64,000 nt of DNA, from positions 397,974 through 461,973 of the forward strand of contig CBDEFO010000003.1 in NCBI GenBank assembly GCA_965237525.1, written 5' to 3'. Under the pieces are notes generated by a model. It saw only the letters and a program-made list of their open reading frames with translations. It searched no databases and was not told the DNA's origin. Each line of letters opens with the position of its first letter. The stretch's first letter is position 1. Below, one piece after another: positions 1 through 11,663 of this stretch. Origin of the DNA: Candidatus Latescibacterota bacterium. Its GTDB lineage: Bacteria; Latescibacterota; CBDEFO01. Position numbers and translations under genes: made by a program.

Positions 1-1393
1 ACAGCTCCCACTCTTTCTTCTGTCTCATCTTTGACCTAACTTCCACCAGCAGATATATTAGACCATCTATATTCTGTGAATCGTCTTTACCGGCAAATTC
101 CAGTTTCAGGCCTAAGACGTCCGAGATCAGTTTCATCCTATTCTGGGCCATTAAAAGTAGTGCCCCTCTGGCCTCGTTCCTCTCCATCTGGGTCACTACA
201 TTTGCGCGCTTAGAGAGATCGAACAATACCGAAAGAGCCTGCGGAGCGTTGAAATCGTCATCCATCGCCTTCTCGAATCGTTCTTTCGCACTTTCTGTCT
301 CCTCAAATAGTTCCCTATCCTCGCTTGATAACGAAGCCTCACAAATATCTGCCTTCCTTGATGTGCCCTGTGAGGATAGATGGATGTTTCTGGAGGCATT
401 TACCAATCTCTCCAGTCCGCTTTGTGCACCTTTAAGCGCTTCTTCTGAGATCTCCACCGGACTTCTGTAGTGACCGCTTAATATCAGCAATCTGACGGCC
501 TGTGGGCTATACTTTTTGAAAGCGTCCTTTATGGTCAGGAAATTCCCAAGGGACTTGCTCATCTTCACGCCGTCCACAGTCACCATGTTATTGTGCATCC
601 AATACCGCACAAAAGGACTCCCCGTAGATCCCTCGCTTTGCGTTATCTCACACTCGTTGTGAGGGAAGATATTTTCCATTCCCCCGCCGTGGATATCGGT
701 CGTCTCTCCCAGGTACTTCATCGCCATAGCCGAGCATTCCACGTGCCAGCCTGGATAGCCCCAGCCCCAGGGGCTCGGCCACTTTAATATATGACCCTCC
801 CGAGCTTTCTTCCACAAAGCAAAGTCAACAGGGGCCTCCTTTTCGGGATTGACCTTAACTCTGGCGCCCTCTTTAAGCTCCTCTACCTTCCTACCTGAAA
901 GCTTCCCGTACTGGGAAAAACTCGACACCCTGAAGTACACAGAACCGTTGACTTCGTAAGCATGCCCTCTTTCAATCAGGGTCTTTATAAGCTCTATCTG
1001 CTCGCAGATGTGTCCACTTGCACGGGGAGAGATATCGGGCCTTAGGACGTTTAAGGCATCCATGTCCTCAAAATAGCTCCTCGTATAGGTCTCGGCTAGT
1101 TCCATAGGTTCGACCCTTTCGAGTGCAGCCCTTTTTATCAGCTTATCCTCACCCTCGTCCGAATCGTCTGTGAGATGCCCTACGTCCGTGATGTTCTGAA
1201 CATACCTTACCTTATATCCTGAATACCTTAAATACCTTACAATTACGTCAAAGCTTATGTAACATTTGGCGTGTCCCAAGTGAGCGTGGTCGTAGACCGT
1301 AGGACCGCACACATACATACTCACTCTGCCCTTCCTTAAAGGCTCAAACTCCTCTTTTTTCCTCGTCAGGCTGTTGTACACCATCAGAGCCAT
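1..1393 (-). CDS. cysS: Cysteinyl-tRNA synthetase (3' end runs off the window; absent from ORF track)
   Basis: Manual translation from ATG 1393: [18 protein letters not shown]...[17 protein letters not shown] (HIGH-like), [17 protein letters not shown] near 560. Confidence 0.96.
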   Translation of the reverse strand, partial: MALMVYNSLTRKKEEFEPLRKGRVSMYVCGPTVYDHAHLGHAKCYISFDVIVRYLRYSGYKVRYVQNITDVGHLTDDSDEGEDKLIKRAALERVEPMELAETYTRSYFEDMDALNVLRPDISPRASGHICEQIELIKTLIERGHAYEVNGSVYFRVSSFSQYGKLSGRKVEELKEGARVKVNPEKEAPVDFALWKKAREGHILKWPSPWGWGYPGWHVECSAMAMKYLGETTDIHGGGMENIFPHNECEITQSEGSTGSPFVRYWMHNNMVTVDGVKMSKSLGNFLTIKDAFKKYSPQAVRLLILSGHYRSPVEISEEALKGAQSGLERLVNASRNIHLSSQGTSRKADICEASLSSEDRELFEETESAKERFEKAMDDDFNAPQALSVLFDLSKRANVVTQMERNEARGALLLMAQNRMKLISDVLGLKLEFAGKDDSQNIDGLIYLLVEVRSKMRQKKEWEL

Positions 1394-1424
1394 TTCAGTC
1401 TCCCGATAGACATTCTTTTACCGT

Positions 1425-2033
1425 CTACAGTTGAACTTTTCTTTTGCGCCAGTAGAGGACAGACCCGACGCAGACCAAAAGTGCCATAATTATAAAAGCT
1501 GCTGTGTTATACCTTCTCAAGAGCTGGGCAGCCATTTCCCAGTTTTCTCCCGCTATCAGCCCGGCACATACCAAAAGTCCGTTCCATATGATCATCCCTA
1601 CAGAACCGTAGAGGGCTATCTTGCCTGCTGACATCTTGCTTGCCCCTGCAAGGGGGGAGATCATCGACCTGACTCCTGGAAGGAACCTGTTAATCAGTAT
1701 CACTTTATATCCGTATCTGCTCAGCCACCTTTGCGCCTTCGCTGTGTTCTTGGGGGAAAAGAGCCTCTTTCTCCTCTCATCTGAGAAGAACGCATTACCC
1801 AGATAGAGTCCGACGTAATATACGAACATAAACCCCAGAATACTCCCGAGAAGGGCCGCGCTGATCATTGGAGTCAGCTTCAAGACCCCTATCCCGACTA
1901 AATAGGCCCCGAAAATTGTCACAAGATCGCCCGGTACGGGAGGGACAACGTTCTCCAAGAAAGAATTCAAAAATAAGAGGATGTAGATAGTCTCTGGGCC
2001 CAGGGATGATATGAAGTTTGTAACTTCCTGCAC
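1425..2033 (-). CDS. DedA/SNARE-associated membrane protein
   Basis: LENVVPPVPGD and RFLPGVR motifs, hydrophobic helices. Confidence 0.9.
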   Translation of the reverse strand: MQEVTNFISSLGPETIYILLFLNSFLENVVPPVPGDLVTIFGAYLVGIGVLKLTPMISAALLGSILGFMFVYYVGLYLGNAFFSDERRKRLFSPKNTAKAQRWLSRYGYKVILINRFLPGVRSMISPLAGASKMSAGKIALYGSVGMIIWNGLLVCAGLIAGENWEMAAQLLRRYNTAAFIIMALLVCVGSVLYWRKRKVQL

Positions 2034-2075
2034 TTATTGCCCCCGAAATAAGTAGAAAAGGCACATGCTCTTCCC

Positions 2076-2198
2076 ATGAGTTTGCTTCGGGTTTGGGACC
2101 TCGCAATAACCAAAAGCCGAAGATATGCACCGTCATTGCCATCCCCGAATGAAGCCCCAATAGATTCAATTGGGGGTCGGGGATGGCAAAGCAACCTC
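2076..2198. repeat. Degenerate GTCATTGC...GCAATCTC-type palindromic repeat pair carrying a nested 21-bp hairpin element
   Basis: tttgcttcg...tcgcaataac and gtcattgcc...gcaacctc; CCCCAATAGATTCAATTGGGG at 2155-2175. Confidence 0.65.
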
Positions 2199-2200
2199 AC

Positions 2201-2671
2201 TTAGAATGCCTTTCCCTGTACACTTTCTACTGATTTATGGCGGACAGTGCCGCCGACAACTATTCCAGCACTGATCAAAATCAAATTTTTGATAATATAC
2301 TGCCCTGCAAGGGTAAGACCGTAAGGAAAATGGGTAAAACACACGTCAGGTAACAGGACTAAAGGGAGCATTGTCCCCGGCATCTGCAAGAAAAGCAAAA
2401 AAAGAGCGGCGCGGATAAGCGGACGAAACAGCAAGCCCACGCCGATGGCTACCTCCCACCATCCAAGGATAGGAACGAATAGATCAGGAGGTAACCAATA
2501 GACTGTCCTTTTTGCCAGTTCTGCCGCGGGGCTGATCCCTAAAGGCTTTAATATTCCAAACCAGATGAATATGATCCCCAGGGACATTCTAAGAAGAAAG
2601 TGACCGTACCTTCTCATCCATCCGGCAATGGACCGATCAATCTGGTCAAACGCTGTAAACATATTTGCCAC
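2201..2671 (-). CDS. DoxX-family membrane protein
   Basis: LLRMSLGIIFIWFGILK, GQYIIKNL motifs. Confidence 0.85.
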   Translation of the reverse strand: MANMFTAFDQIDRSIAGWMRRYGHFLLRMSLGIIFIWFGILKPLGISPAAELAKRTVYWLPPDLFVPILGWWEVAIGVGLLFRPLIRAALFLLFLQMPGTMLPLVLLPDVCFTHFPYGLTLAGQYIIKNLILISAGIVVGGTVRHKSVESVQGKAF

Positions 2672-2697
2672 TCTTGCCCGGTCCCCCCAAAGTTACC

Positions 2698-2723
2698 CAT
2701 GTCAGACATGCCTGTCTGACATG
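2698..2723. repeat. Perfect hairpin CATGTCAGACA-TGCC-TGTCTGACATG (REP-like or terminator)
   Basis: 11-bp inverted repeat in an intergenic gap. Confidence 0.5.
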
Positions 2724-2773
2724 AAACAGAAACAGAGCTGAATTTCTGTCGACCAATGACGGGGAAAAAGAAA

Positions 2774-3946
2774 CTATACGATATTAAGAGCGGCGTTGAT
2801 ATCGTCCTGATAGACTGTATGCCGATCTTCTATAACATCGGTGACTAAAAGAGGTCGATTTTGTGCTGAGGATTCGATCACAGCGTAGGATAAAGCCATT
2901 GCTTCCAGCCCCGACTGTCCATCGGTTTCAAACTCCACCTCTCCATTGATAGCTCTGAGGAACTCGAGCAACTCCAATGTGACTGGATTGGTTAATCCTC
3001 CGGGAAACTGGGATTTTTTGAGTTCTGTTGGCGCGTTTGCCTTGTAATATTCGACTAGGCCGATTCTCTTCCCGCCATCGAGGAAGAGCGTGTCCTCCTT
3101 CAGACATCCCTCTTCGCCGTAGATGGTGTAAGGGACGCTTGTGGTCTCTGCCCCGTGTCCCCACAAGGTCAGGACCCACACTCCTGTTGCACCGCATTCG
3201 AACTCCAAAAGTGAGAACGACGCATCCTCCACGCTATTCTCAAAGGGCTCAGATTTGATACCTAATTCGTCGCGAAGATATCGGAACGGAACGAAATGTC
3301 GCGCCATTCCGAAGACCTGTTTGACCTCTCCAATATGAAGCCTGAAAAGATCGGCGTGGTGTACGCCCATATCCAGCACCCATCCCGCTCCGGCATCCAT
3401 CTTTCGATGTCTCCAGGGAGTTCCTGCGACGACGGAATCGGGAACACCCTCAATACCGACCTGAATCATTATCTTCGGCTCTCCGAGCAGCCCCCCATCG
3501 ATAACGTACTTTCGAGCGCGCTGATTCAACGCGCGTCTGGTATTTTCCGCTACTCCTAAGATCCTACCTGTCCTCTTAGCCGTTTCGATCATACGGCGGC
3601 CTGCGCGGATAGTTATGGCAAAAGGCTTCTCCACCATGCAATCTATCCCGGCCTCCAGAGAGTCGATGGCGATATTGTGGTGGCTCTTATGATCCGTTAC
3701 TATATCCACCGCGTCCACTATCCTTTCATCGAGCATCTGACGATAGTCAGTAAATATCTTAGGGCGATATCCGAGTCGCTCCTCTGCGGTATCTGCAGCG
3801 ATCTGGGCACGCTCCTCTACTATGTCGCATACGGCTGTCAACTCGCCGATATTAAACCCTGAATGAACCATGTCCTTGAGACATTTTGACCTTGACTGTG
3901 CCATCGAGCCAGTGCCGATAATGCCTATACGAACTCTTTGGCTCAT
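2774..3946 (-). CDS. Gfo/Idh/MocA-family oxidoreductase
   Basis: GIIGTG Rossmann motif, EKP motif, DMGVH motif. Confidence 0.92.
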   Translation of the reverse strand: MSQRVRIGIIGTGSMAQSRSKCLKDMVHSGFNIGELTAVCDIVEERAQIAADTAEERLGYRPKIFTDYRQMLDERIVDAVDIVTDHKSHHNIAIDSLEAGIDCMVEKPFAITIRAGRRMIETAKRTGRILGVAENTRRALNQRARKYVIDGGLLGEPKIMIQVGIEGVPDSVVAGTPWRHRKMDAGAGWVLDMGVHHADLFRLHIGEVKQVFGMARHFVPFRYLRDELGIKSEPFENSVEDASFSLLEFECGATGVWVLTLWGHGAETTSVPYTIYGEEGCLKEDTLFLDGGKRIGLVEYYKANAPTELKKSQFPGGLTNPVTLELLEFLRAINGEVEFETDGQSGLEAMALSYAVIESSAQNRPLLVTDVIEDRHTVYQDDINAALNIV

Positions 3947-4170
3947 TGAACTTTGACCTGTCTTTCAACTTCTGTTCCCGCGATGAGTTCCCTAAAATCG
4001 ATGCCTAAGATACGGGCTAACTTCTTGACCACCTCCACTCTCGGAACGAAGCCGTGGTCTATCTTGCTCAGGTAACCCTGGGCTATCCCCGCCTTTTCAG
4101 AAAGCTCTTTTTTGTCTATTCCTTTTTCTTTGATAATCTTATTGAGTCGCTCACTGATCGATCCCTCCAT
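3943..4170 (-). CDS. XRE-family HTH regulator
   Basis: ELSEKAGIAQGYLSKID helix-turn-helix; GGAGG RBS. Confidence 0.85.
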   Translation of the reverse strand: MEGSISERLNKIIKEKGIDKKELSEKAGIAQGYLSKIDHGFVPRVEVVKKLARILGIDFRELIAGTEVERQVKVQ

Positions 4171-4195
4171 GGCTTGTCCTCCTTGTGGGATTGCT

Positions 4196-5386
4196 TCAAT
4201 CTTTCAGACTGTGATGCACCGTAGATACAGCGTAAGCCCCTATGCCTTCGCCTCTGCCTGTATAGCCTAATCCCTCAGTCGTCGTTGCCTTTACAGAGAT
4301 TCTGTCCTTATCTATGCCCAGGGCGTCGGCTATGTTCTTGCGCATTTGAGATATGAACTTTGAGACTTTCGGCCTCTGCGCAGCAATAGTAGAATCCACG
4401 TTCACAATGCAAAAGCCTCTATCATCCAATATCTTCCTTACGCTCTCCAGAATAATCAGACTCGAGATACCTTCAAATTCGGGGTCAGAATCGGGGAAAT
4501 GTCTTCCGATGTCGCCTAAAGCTGCAGCGCCTAAAAGGGAATCCGCAATGGCGTGACAGAGCACGTCCCCATCCGAATGACCCAAAAGCCCCATTGCAAA
4601 AGGAATCTGAACTCCGCCTAATATCAGCTTTCTGTCATCTTGGAGCCTGTGAACGTCGAATCCGTGACCTATCCTCAAATTCGGAGCGCCTGTTCTATTG
4701 GCGCTCTCCATCCTGCCCAAGATCAACTTTCCGACCTCCATATCCTCAGGCGTAGTAATCTTTATGTTATCGTATGACCCCTCCACAATCCCTACGCCAT
4801 GTCCTAACCTCTCAACCAAAGCCGCCTCATCAGTCCCGTAGAATCCATCTTCAAGCGCCCTTTCAAATGCCCTTTCTAATATCGTCCTCTCGAATACCTG
4901 GGGAGTCTGTGCGCACCATAGACTTTCTCTGTCCAGAGTGCACTCCACAACTTTATCCCTGCAGAACTTCACCGTATCAACAGCCCGAACAGCCACGATA
5001 ACAGCCCCCGCATCTTTGCAAAGCTCCACAGCCTTATCGATCAAGTCCGGTTCTATAAATGGCCTCACAGCGTCGTGAACGACAACTATATCGATGTCCT
5101 TTTCTAAAACCTTCAGCCCCTCGTAGACAGAATCTTGTCTCTGTCTACCGCCAGTCACAACCTTTGAGACTTTTCCGAATCCCAATCCAACCTCATCCCG
5201 GCATAGTTCCACATATCCTTTTGGGGCAACTACCACCACTCTGTCTATTGACTTGCAGTCTTCAAATTTTTTGAGCGTATGAGCCAGAATCGTCCTCCCG
5301 CACAACTTTCTGAACTGCTTTGCTCTTTTTTCTCCCATCCTAACCCCCGCCCCAGCCGCAGGAATGACAGCCCCGACCACAGACAA
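4196..5386 (-). CDS. ispDF: Bifunctional IspD/IspF (MEP pathway)
   Basis: [21 protein letters not shown] (IspD) followed by [22 protein letters not shown] (IspF). Confidence 0.96.
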   Translation of the reverse strand: MSVVGAVIPAAGAGVRMGEKRAKQFRKLCGRTILAHTLKKFEDCKSIDRVVVVAPKGYVELCRDEVGLGFGKVSKVVTGGRQRQDSVYEGLKVLEKDIDIVVVHDAVRPFIEPDLIDKAVELCKDAGAVIVAVRAVDTVKFCRDKVVECTLDRESLWCAQTPQVFERTILERAFERALEDGFYGTDEAALVERLGHGVGIVEGSYDNIKITTPEDMEVGKLILGRMESANRTGAPNLRIGHGFDVHRLQDDRKLILGGVQIPFAMGLLGHSDGDVLCHAIADSLLGAAALGDIGRHFPDSDPEFEGISSLIILESVRKILDDRGFCIVNVDSTIAAQRPKVSKFISQMRKNIADALGIDKDRISVKATTTEGLGYTGRGEGIGAYAVSTVHHSLKD

Positions 5387-5544
5387 ATTTTGGATCCTTC
5401 AAGATTATATTTTTCGACTACAGGTGCAGTCATCAGATATGTTCAGATAGTTCGTATTTCGTCTTTGAGACGTTTCTACTCAATGGAAGAATGTTGCAAC
5501 CACAGCAAATCGGTTCCACATACGATATCTTGGCTTTGACAGCT

Positions 5545-5573
5545 AAGATAAGAAAGAAGTTACCGGATGTCAA
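5545..5573 (-). promoter_or_regulatory. Sigma70-type promoter for the ispDF operon
   Basis: TTGACA-N17-TATCTT on minus strand. Confidence 0.65.
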
Positions 5574-5723
5574 TAAGAGACCTTATGTAAACTCCTATCT
5601 CGAAGAACACTCGATGTTAGGGCCAGTCGACACCAATTTCTGAGCACTTCGGAGAGAGCTTGTGGGAAGTGAACCATTCTTAGGGGTTGATTTGACAACT
5701 CACGGTTCTTACAGTTACTAAAA

Positions 5724-7242
5724 AAGCCTTGTGAAATAGTTATGTCCCAGGCAGCGTCTGAAGCGCCGATTATGGGTCAAAGAGTAGCATATCGTATCGT
5801 TTTGCTGTGGAATAAGCAAAATAGTCTTATCAGAGTTCTGGTCAGCAAGGAACAGGAGCTGTTTGAAGAACAGGATGCACTGTCTTTGACAGACAGGGCA
5901 CACATAGACGCTTTCCCCCTTCTTATGAAAGATACAAGCCTCTTGAGATTCTGTACTGTTGCAACAAGATTCAACTGTTCATTCAGTGAGGCTGGTCCTC
6001 TGTAACGGGCTCGTCCCATACCGTGTTGTTGCCTGGCTTCAGCAAAGATATGTTCACTGCGTTTACGGAGTCTCCGGGAGAGTTTGTAGTCAGCTGTTAA
6101 TGAGATAGACCGTGCATGATTTCTGGCTTTCGCCTCTCGCACTTTTCTATCCCGTTCGGCCTGAATATGTGCTGAATTTGTCTTGTTTTTCCATGTAGGA
6201 ATCGGTTCAATCTTCTCATCGGCTCGCAGAGGAATATGGGGTATGATTCCCCGGTCAAGTACATCAGCGATAAAATTACCAGAACCGTAACCGGTATCGG
6301 CACTAAGTGTCTGAATGTCTTTGGGCATGGTGTATGTTTCAAGGTCATCTACCATCTTAAGGGCACTTTCGGGCTCTGCTGTCCCTGTCGCCTGCGTGCC
6401 CTGAGTCTCAAGGATTACTCTGCTTTTTGTGTCGATCAGATCATGGCCCATAAACGAGAGAAAAGCCCCTTTGCCCTTCGATTTGCTGTATAAGCGCGCG
6501 TCGGGGTCTGTAGTCGAACGGTGTGTTTGGTTCGTCCACTTTTCACCATGAAAGTCTTTATCCTGAGGATGCCCGGACCTACCCTTTGTCTTATCACCTT
6601 CAAAACCGATTCCCTTGAGATAATCATCAAGAGAAACAGGGGGTTCTATCGGCTCAATACTTTTCACTGAAGCATCAGCTTGTATCTGAGTGCCGTCGAC
6701 ACTAAGGTGTTTACCGCTCACAAGACCGACATCTATGCAACACTGGACTACCTGACGCATTATCCGTTCAAACAACCCACTGGATGCCCACTTGTGATTG
6801 CGAAGCTTGTTGATCGTGCTCCTATCCGGAACCGCATCATCAAATGTCTGATGACAAAACAACCGATATGCCGCATGCATCCCCACTTCCTGACAGAGCC
6901 GATTCTCACTCAAATTATACAGATAGCCAATAAGGATCATTCGAACAACTAATTCAGGATCAATACCGGGTCTGCCATTGTCAGGGCAATAACAATCTGA
7001 TACAACGTCTCGTACAAATGAAAAATCAACTGCCTCATCAATCTGACGAAGGATATGATCCTCGGGAACTAAATCCTCCATCTGAAAATAGTGAAACATC
7101 GGATTTGTCTGTTCCTGCTTTTGTGGGGTCATTGTTTCCTCCATGTATAATATTATCAATAACATAATATAATACATCGGAGCTGCTTTATCAATGCTTG
7201 TTCTATACTACTTTCTGAATCTAAGGGTTTTTCACAAGGCTT
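5724..7242 (-). mobile_element. IS1182-family element copy 1 (1519 bp; transposase 5777-7177)
   Basis: Terminal IR AAGCCTTGTGAAA/TTTCACAAGGCTT; DUF772-like N-terminus (PDRSTI), DGT...ADTGY...EHIFAEARQQHGM DDE motifs. Confidence 0.92.
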
Positions 7243-7270
7243 TTAGTGTCTTATGCTCTTAAACTTTTGC

Positions 7271-7299
7271 TTGACTTTGCATCGCCATAGTGTTATACT
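7271..7299 (+). promoter_or_regulatory. Sigma70-type promoter stranded between two IS copies
   Basis: TTGACT-N17-TATACT. Confidence 0.6.
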
Positions 7300-7486
7300 A
7301 TTAGCCTGTGTGTCTGTCCCTGAATAGCTACTCTAGAAATTTACCTATATGTCGAAGGCGATGGGGAACTTTTTCAGAAAAACTCCCAATTTTGCCTTCT
7401 AACTGGAAGGGTTTTTAGAATCACCGTATCGATACTTCTTGTCCTTAAGTAAGAAGATACTTGATGTGTTTTTTGATAGGTATTAG

Positions 7487-9005
7487 AAGCCTTGTGAAAT
7501 AGTTATGTCCCAGGCAGCGTCTGAAGCGCCGATTATGGGTCAAAGAGTAGCATATCGTATCGTTTTGCTGTGGAATAAGCAAAATAGTCTTATCAGAGTT
7601 CTGGTCAGCAAGGAACAGGAGCTGTTTGAAGAACAGGATGCACTGTCTTTGACAGACAGGGCACACATAGACGCTTTCCCCCTTCTTATGAAAGATACAA
7701 GCCTCTTGAGATTCTGTACTGTTGCAACAAGATTCAACTGTTCATTCAGTGAGGCTGGTCCTCTATAACGGGCTCGTCCCATACCGTGTTGTTGCCTGGC
7801 TTCAGCAAAGATATGTTCACTGCGTTTACGGAGTCTCCGGGAGAGTTTGTAGTCAGCTGTTAATGAGATAGACCGTGCATGATTTCTGGCTTTCGCCTCT
7901 CGCACTTTTCTATCCCGTTCGGCCTGAATATGTGCTGAATTTGTCTTGTTTTTCCATGTAGGAATCGGTTCAATCTTCTCATCGGCTCGCAGAGGAATAT
8001 GGGGTATGATTCCCCGGTCAAGTACATCAGCGATAAAATTACCAGAACCGTAACCGGTATCGGCACTAAGTGTCTGAATGTCTTTGGGCATGGTGTATGT
8101 TTCAAGGTCATCTACCATCTTAAGGGCACTTTCGGGCTCTGCTGTCCCTGTCGCCTGCGTGCCCTGAGTCTCAAGGATTACTCTGCTTTTTGTGTCGATC
8201 AGATCATGGCCCATAAACGAGAGAAAAGCCCCTTTGCCCTTCGATTTGCTGTATAAGCGCGCGTCGGGGTCTGTAGTCGAACGGTGTGTTTGGTTCGTCC
8301 ACTTTTCACCATGAAAGTCTTTATCCTGAGGATGCCCGGACCTACCCTTTGTCTTATCACCTTCAAAACCGATTCCCTTGAGATAATCATCAAGAGAAAC
8401 AGGGGGTTCTATCGGCTCAATACTTTTCACTGAAGCATCAGCTTGTATCTGAGTGCCGTCGACACTAAGGTGTTTACCGCTCACAAGACCGACATCTATG
8501 CAACACTGGACTACCTGACGCATTATCCGTTCAAACAACCCACTGGATGCCCACTTGTGATTGCGAAGCTTGTTGATCGTGCTCCTATCCGGAACCGCAT
8601 CATCAAATGTCTGATGACAAAACAACCGATATGCCGCATGCATCCCCACTTCCTGACAGAGCTGATTCTCACTCAAATTATACAGATAGCCAATAAGGAT
8701 CATTCGAACAACTAATTCAGGATCAATACCGGGTCTGCCATTGTCAGGGCAATAACAATCTGATACAACGTCTCGTACAAATGAAAAATCAACTGCCTCA
8801 TCAATCTGACGAAGGATATGATCCTCGGGAACTAAATCCTCCATCTGAAAATAGTGAAACATCGGATTTGTCTGTTCCTGCTTTTGTGGGGTCATTGTTT
8901 CCTCCATGTATAATATTATCAATAACATAATATAATACATCGGAGCTGCTTTATCAATGCTTGTTCTATACTACTTTCTGAATCTAAGGGTTTTTCACAA
9001 GGCTT
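7487..9005 (-). mobile_element. IS1182-family element copy 2 (transposase 7540-8940) with TTAG target duplication
   Basis: Near-identical to copy 1; TTAG at 7483-7486 and 9006-9009. Confidence 0.93.
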
Positions 9006-9096
9006 TTAGGCCATTGATTTTATTATATTCAAAGTAACCTTTAGCTTTCGGTATGGTTGCTGATTGCATATACTTTGGATGAAAGGATAGATTACT

Positions 9097-9708
9097 GTGG
9101 CTGTGCAATCGCCTGTATCAAACCAGACTAGTCTGGTGGAGATCGCCCTCTACGGCAGGGGGGGTCAAGGCGTAAAGATGTCAGGGGATATTATATCTTA
9201 CGCCCTGTTCGATGAGGGGAAGAAGCTCTACAGCCAGCCGAAGTACGGAAGCGATAGGATGGGAACGCCTGTGGGATATTCCATAAAGTTCGACAGGGAG
9301 GGGGCACAGCTGAACGATAGGAGCTGGATCAAAAATCCGGGCTATCTGGTCGTGATGGATACGGTGATCTTCAGCAGTCAGGGGTTGGATCTTATAAGTT
9401 CCCTCAAGGAGGGCGGAATCCTCATAATCAACAGCAAGAAAGACCCTCTAAAATTCAGCTTTTTGGGGCCGTTCAACATAGCTACAGTAGATGCAAGCGG
9501 CGTTGCCAAGGAGCTGGGTCTTATCAAGGGGAGCGTGCCTCTTCTGAGTCCCATAATGCCGGGGGCATTCTCGAAGGTAACGGGGATGGTGAGCATGGAG
9601 AGTCTGGAAAAATCTCTTGAGAAGGTCCTCACAAAAAGCGGTCTGACCCGGCGGCTGGATCAGAACATAGAGGCCCTAAGGAGAGGCTACGAAGAGGTAA
9701 GGCAGTAG
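9097..9708 (+). CDS. 2-oxoacid:acceptor oxidoreductase gamma subunit (PorG/PorC-like)
   Basis: GRGGQG, PKYGSDRMGTPV, TVDAS motifs. Confidence 0.9.
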   Translation: MAVQSPVSNQTSLVEIALYGRGGQGVKMSGDIISYALFDEGKKLYSQPKYGSDRMGTPVGYSIKFDREGAQLNDRSWIKNPGYLVVMDTVIFSSQGLDLISSLKEGGILIINSKKDPLKFSFLGPFNIATVDASGVAKELGLIKGSVPLLSPIMPGAFSKVTGMVSMESLEKSLEKVLTKSGLTRRLDQNIEALRRGYEEVRQ

Positions 9709-9860
9709 ACAGCAAACAGGTGGTGGATAGGGAGATTGCTCCGGGATGAATCTCCTCGCAATAGACGTTGCCTACTTTTGCCTTCGGTCATTTCGACTCG
9801 CCGATTGAATCTTTCGGGGAAGCCCAGAGCAAAGCGGAAGAGTCAGTGAAGCAATGTCCG
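9703..9860. repeat. Intergenic composite: CAGTAGA-like heptamers, GAGATTGC...CGCAAT palindrome and a 21-bp hairpin element (9799-9819)
   Basis: Read directly; matches other copies in the window. Confidence 0.55.
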
Positions 9861-9924
9861 AGACAGGCTATAGGGGGGAGAATACCCCGCCTACAGTCTA
9901 CTTTATTCAGGGGGTATATAGATA

Positions 9925-11661
9925 GTGGCAGGAAATAGTGGGCCTGTGCGTTTTGCTTCTACACGGAGCAGCACCGAGATTTTGACGGGAAGTCAACGGT
10001 ACGAAAGGCCGATATACGATTTTTATCTTAAGGACGCTCCGTGCCGTGAGGCGTGTCCCGCGGGACACGACATCGCCTGGGCTCTCTTTATGGTGGGTAA
10101 GGGAAGGTACGATCTGGCGTTTTCAACGTTCAAGGAGGAGAGCCCGTTCCCGTCGGTGACGGGGAGGGTGTGCTATCATCCGTGTGAGAGTGAGTGTAAC
10201 AGAGGAAGATACGATCAGCCTCTTGCTATAAGCGCTTTAGAGCGGGTGTTTTCGGATTTAGGGGATAACGGGGAAGTTGAAAAGCCGGACACAAGATACA
10301 GCGAAAGGGTGGCGATCATAGGGAGCGGCCCGTCGGGTCTGACCTGTGCTTATCATCTAAGAAGGCTCGGTTATCCTGTTACGGTGTTCGAGGCTGATGC
10401 GGAGCCGGGCGGCGCTCTTTTAACGGGGATTCCGGATTACAGGCTCTCCAAGGATATTATCAGAGGGGAGATCGACAAGCTTTCAAGGATGGGTATTCGG
10501 TTTGAAGTGAAGACAAAGGTTGGCGAGGATGTCTCTTTTGAGCAGATTCGAAAGAATCATAAGGCGGTGTTCTTAGGTGTTGGACTCCCGAAGGGTCGAA
10601 TGCTGAATACCCCCGGAGCGGATGGTGTCGATGTGATGACCGGCGTGGACTTCCTGTTCAAGGTAAATATGGAAGGCGGGGTAAAGATGGGCAAAAGGGT
10701 GATGGTGATAGGTGCAGGTGATGTGGCGATAGATGTTTCTCGTTCCGCTATAAGGTCGGGGGCTCGTGAGGTGACGATATGCTGTGTTGAGAAGTTGGAG
10801 GATATACCCGCCCATCCTGAGGAGGTGAAGGCTGCTATTAGTGAGGGGGTAAAGATAGAATCTTCTTTGGCTTCGACGCTTATTTCGCCGAACGGAGGCG
10901 GTCTGGTTGTGGACTTTGCCGGGGTAAGATCGTTCGGAAGGCAATCAGATGGGGATGTGAAGATCGACATAGATGAACATACAAAGAGGACTATCAGCAC
11001 GGATCAGATCATCTGCGCAATCGCTCAGCAATCGGACCTTGGGTTCCTGCCCGGTGGATTGAACAGCAAGTCCCACATAGAGGTTGACATCTTCGGACGG
11101 ACAAAGGAGGAGGGTGTATTCTCAGGTGGCGACGTGACGGGGACTTACAACGTGGTGAACGCCATAGGTTCGGGGAAAAGAGCTGCAATAGGGATAGATT
11201 GCTACTTGAGGGGACGGGATGTGGGCGGTCTTATGGAAAAGCTGAGGATAGGGGGACAAGGGGCAATTTCGATGAAGTCGTATATGGAGATCATAAAAGG
11301 CGAAGAGCCTCAAGTAAGGTCCCAAAAGATAATCCCGATCGAAGAGATCAATCTGGACTATTTTCCTGAAGAAGAAAAGACGCATCACAAAGAGCTCTCC
11401 TTAGGCGAAAGAAAAGAGAGTTTCAGAGAGGTCAACTTTGCGTTTACTCCCGAGGAAGCTCTGCGGGAAGCACTACGATGCTTCAACTGCGGTATGTGCA
11501 ATATGTGCGGGAATTGCTACACTTTCTGTCCCGATTCTGCGGTCATACAAAAAGACGATTGGAGCTTTGAGATTGCCACGGATTACTGCAAGGGCTGCGG
11601 CGTATGCGTCCAGGAGTGTCCGAGGTCTGCTATGTCAATGGTACTAGAAGAGGAGATATAA
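9925..11661 (+). CDS. GltD/NfnB-like FAD/NAD(P) Fe-S oxidoreductase fused to a PorD-like 2x[4Fe-4S] domain
   Basis: APCREACPAG, GRVCYHPCESEC, GSGPSG, GAGDVA, C-terminal CNMCGNCYTFCPD and YCKGCGVCVQECP. Confidence 0.9.
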   Translation: MAGNSGPVRFASTRSSTEILTGSQRYERPIYDFYLKDAPCREACPAGHDIAWALFMVGKGRYDLAFSTFKEESPFPSVTGRVCYHPCESECNRGRYDQPLAISALERVFSDLGDNGEVEKPDTRYSERVAIIGSGPSGLTCAYHLRRLGYPVTVFEADAEPGGALLTGIPDYRLSKDIIRGEIDKLSRMGIRFEVKTKVGEDVSFEQIRKNHKAVFLGVGLPKGRMLNTPGADGVDVMTGVDFLFKVNMEGGVKMGKRVMVIGAGDVAIDVSRSAIRSGAREVTICCVEKLEDIPAHPEEVKAAISEGVKIESSLASTLISPNGGGLVVDFAGVRSFGRQSDGDVKIDIDEHTKRTISTDQIICAIAQQSDLGFLPGGLNSKSHIEVDIFGRTKEEGVFSGGDVTGTYNVVNAIGSGKRAAIGIDCYLRGRDVGGLMEKLRIGGQGAISMKSYMEIIKGEEPQVRSQKIIPIEEINLDYFPEEEKTHHKELSLGERKESFREVNFAFTPEEALREALRCFNCGMCNMCGNCYTFCPDSAVIQKDDWSFEIATDYCKGCGVCVQECPRSAMSMVLEEEI

Positions 11662-11663
11662 AG

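Noticed and set aside
7354..7400. Fluoride riboswitch (GGCGATGG start)
   Set aside because: It lacks the complementary CGCC stem and the downstream GCTGATG pseudoknot elements; it is a simple hairpin.
5718..8715. Short ORFs inside the IS1182 copies
   Set aside because: Alternative-frame shadows that recur only because the IS is repeated.
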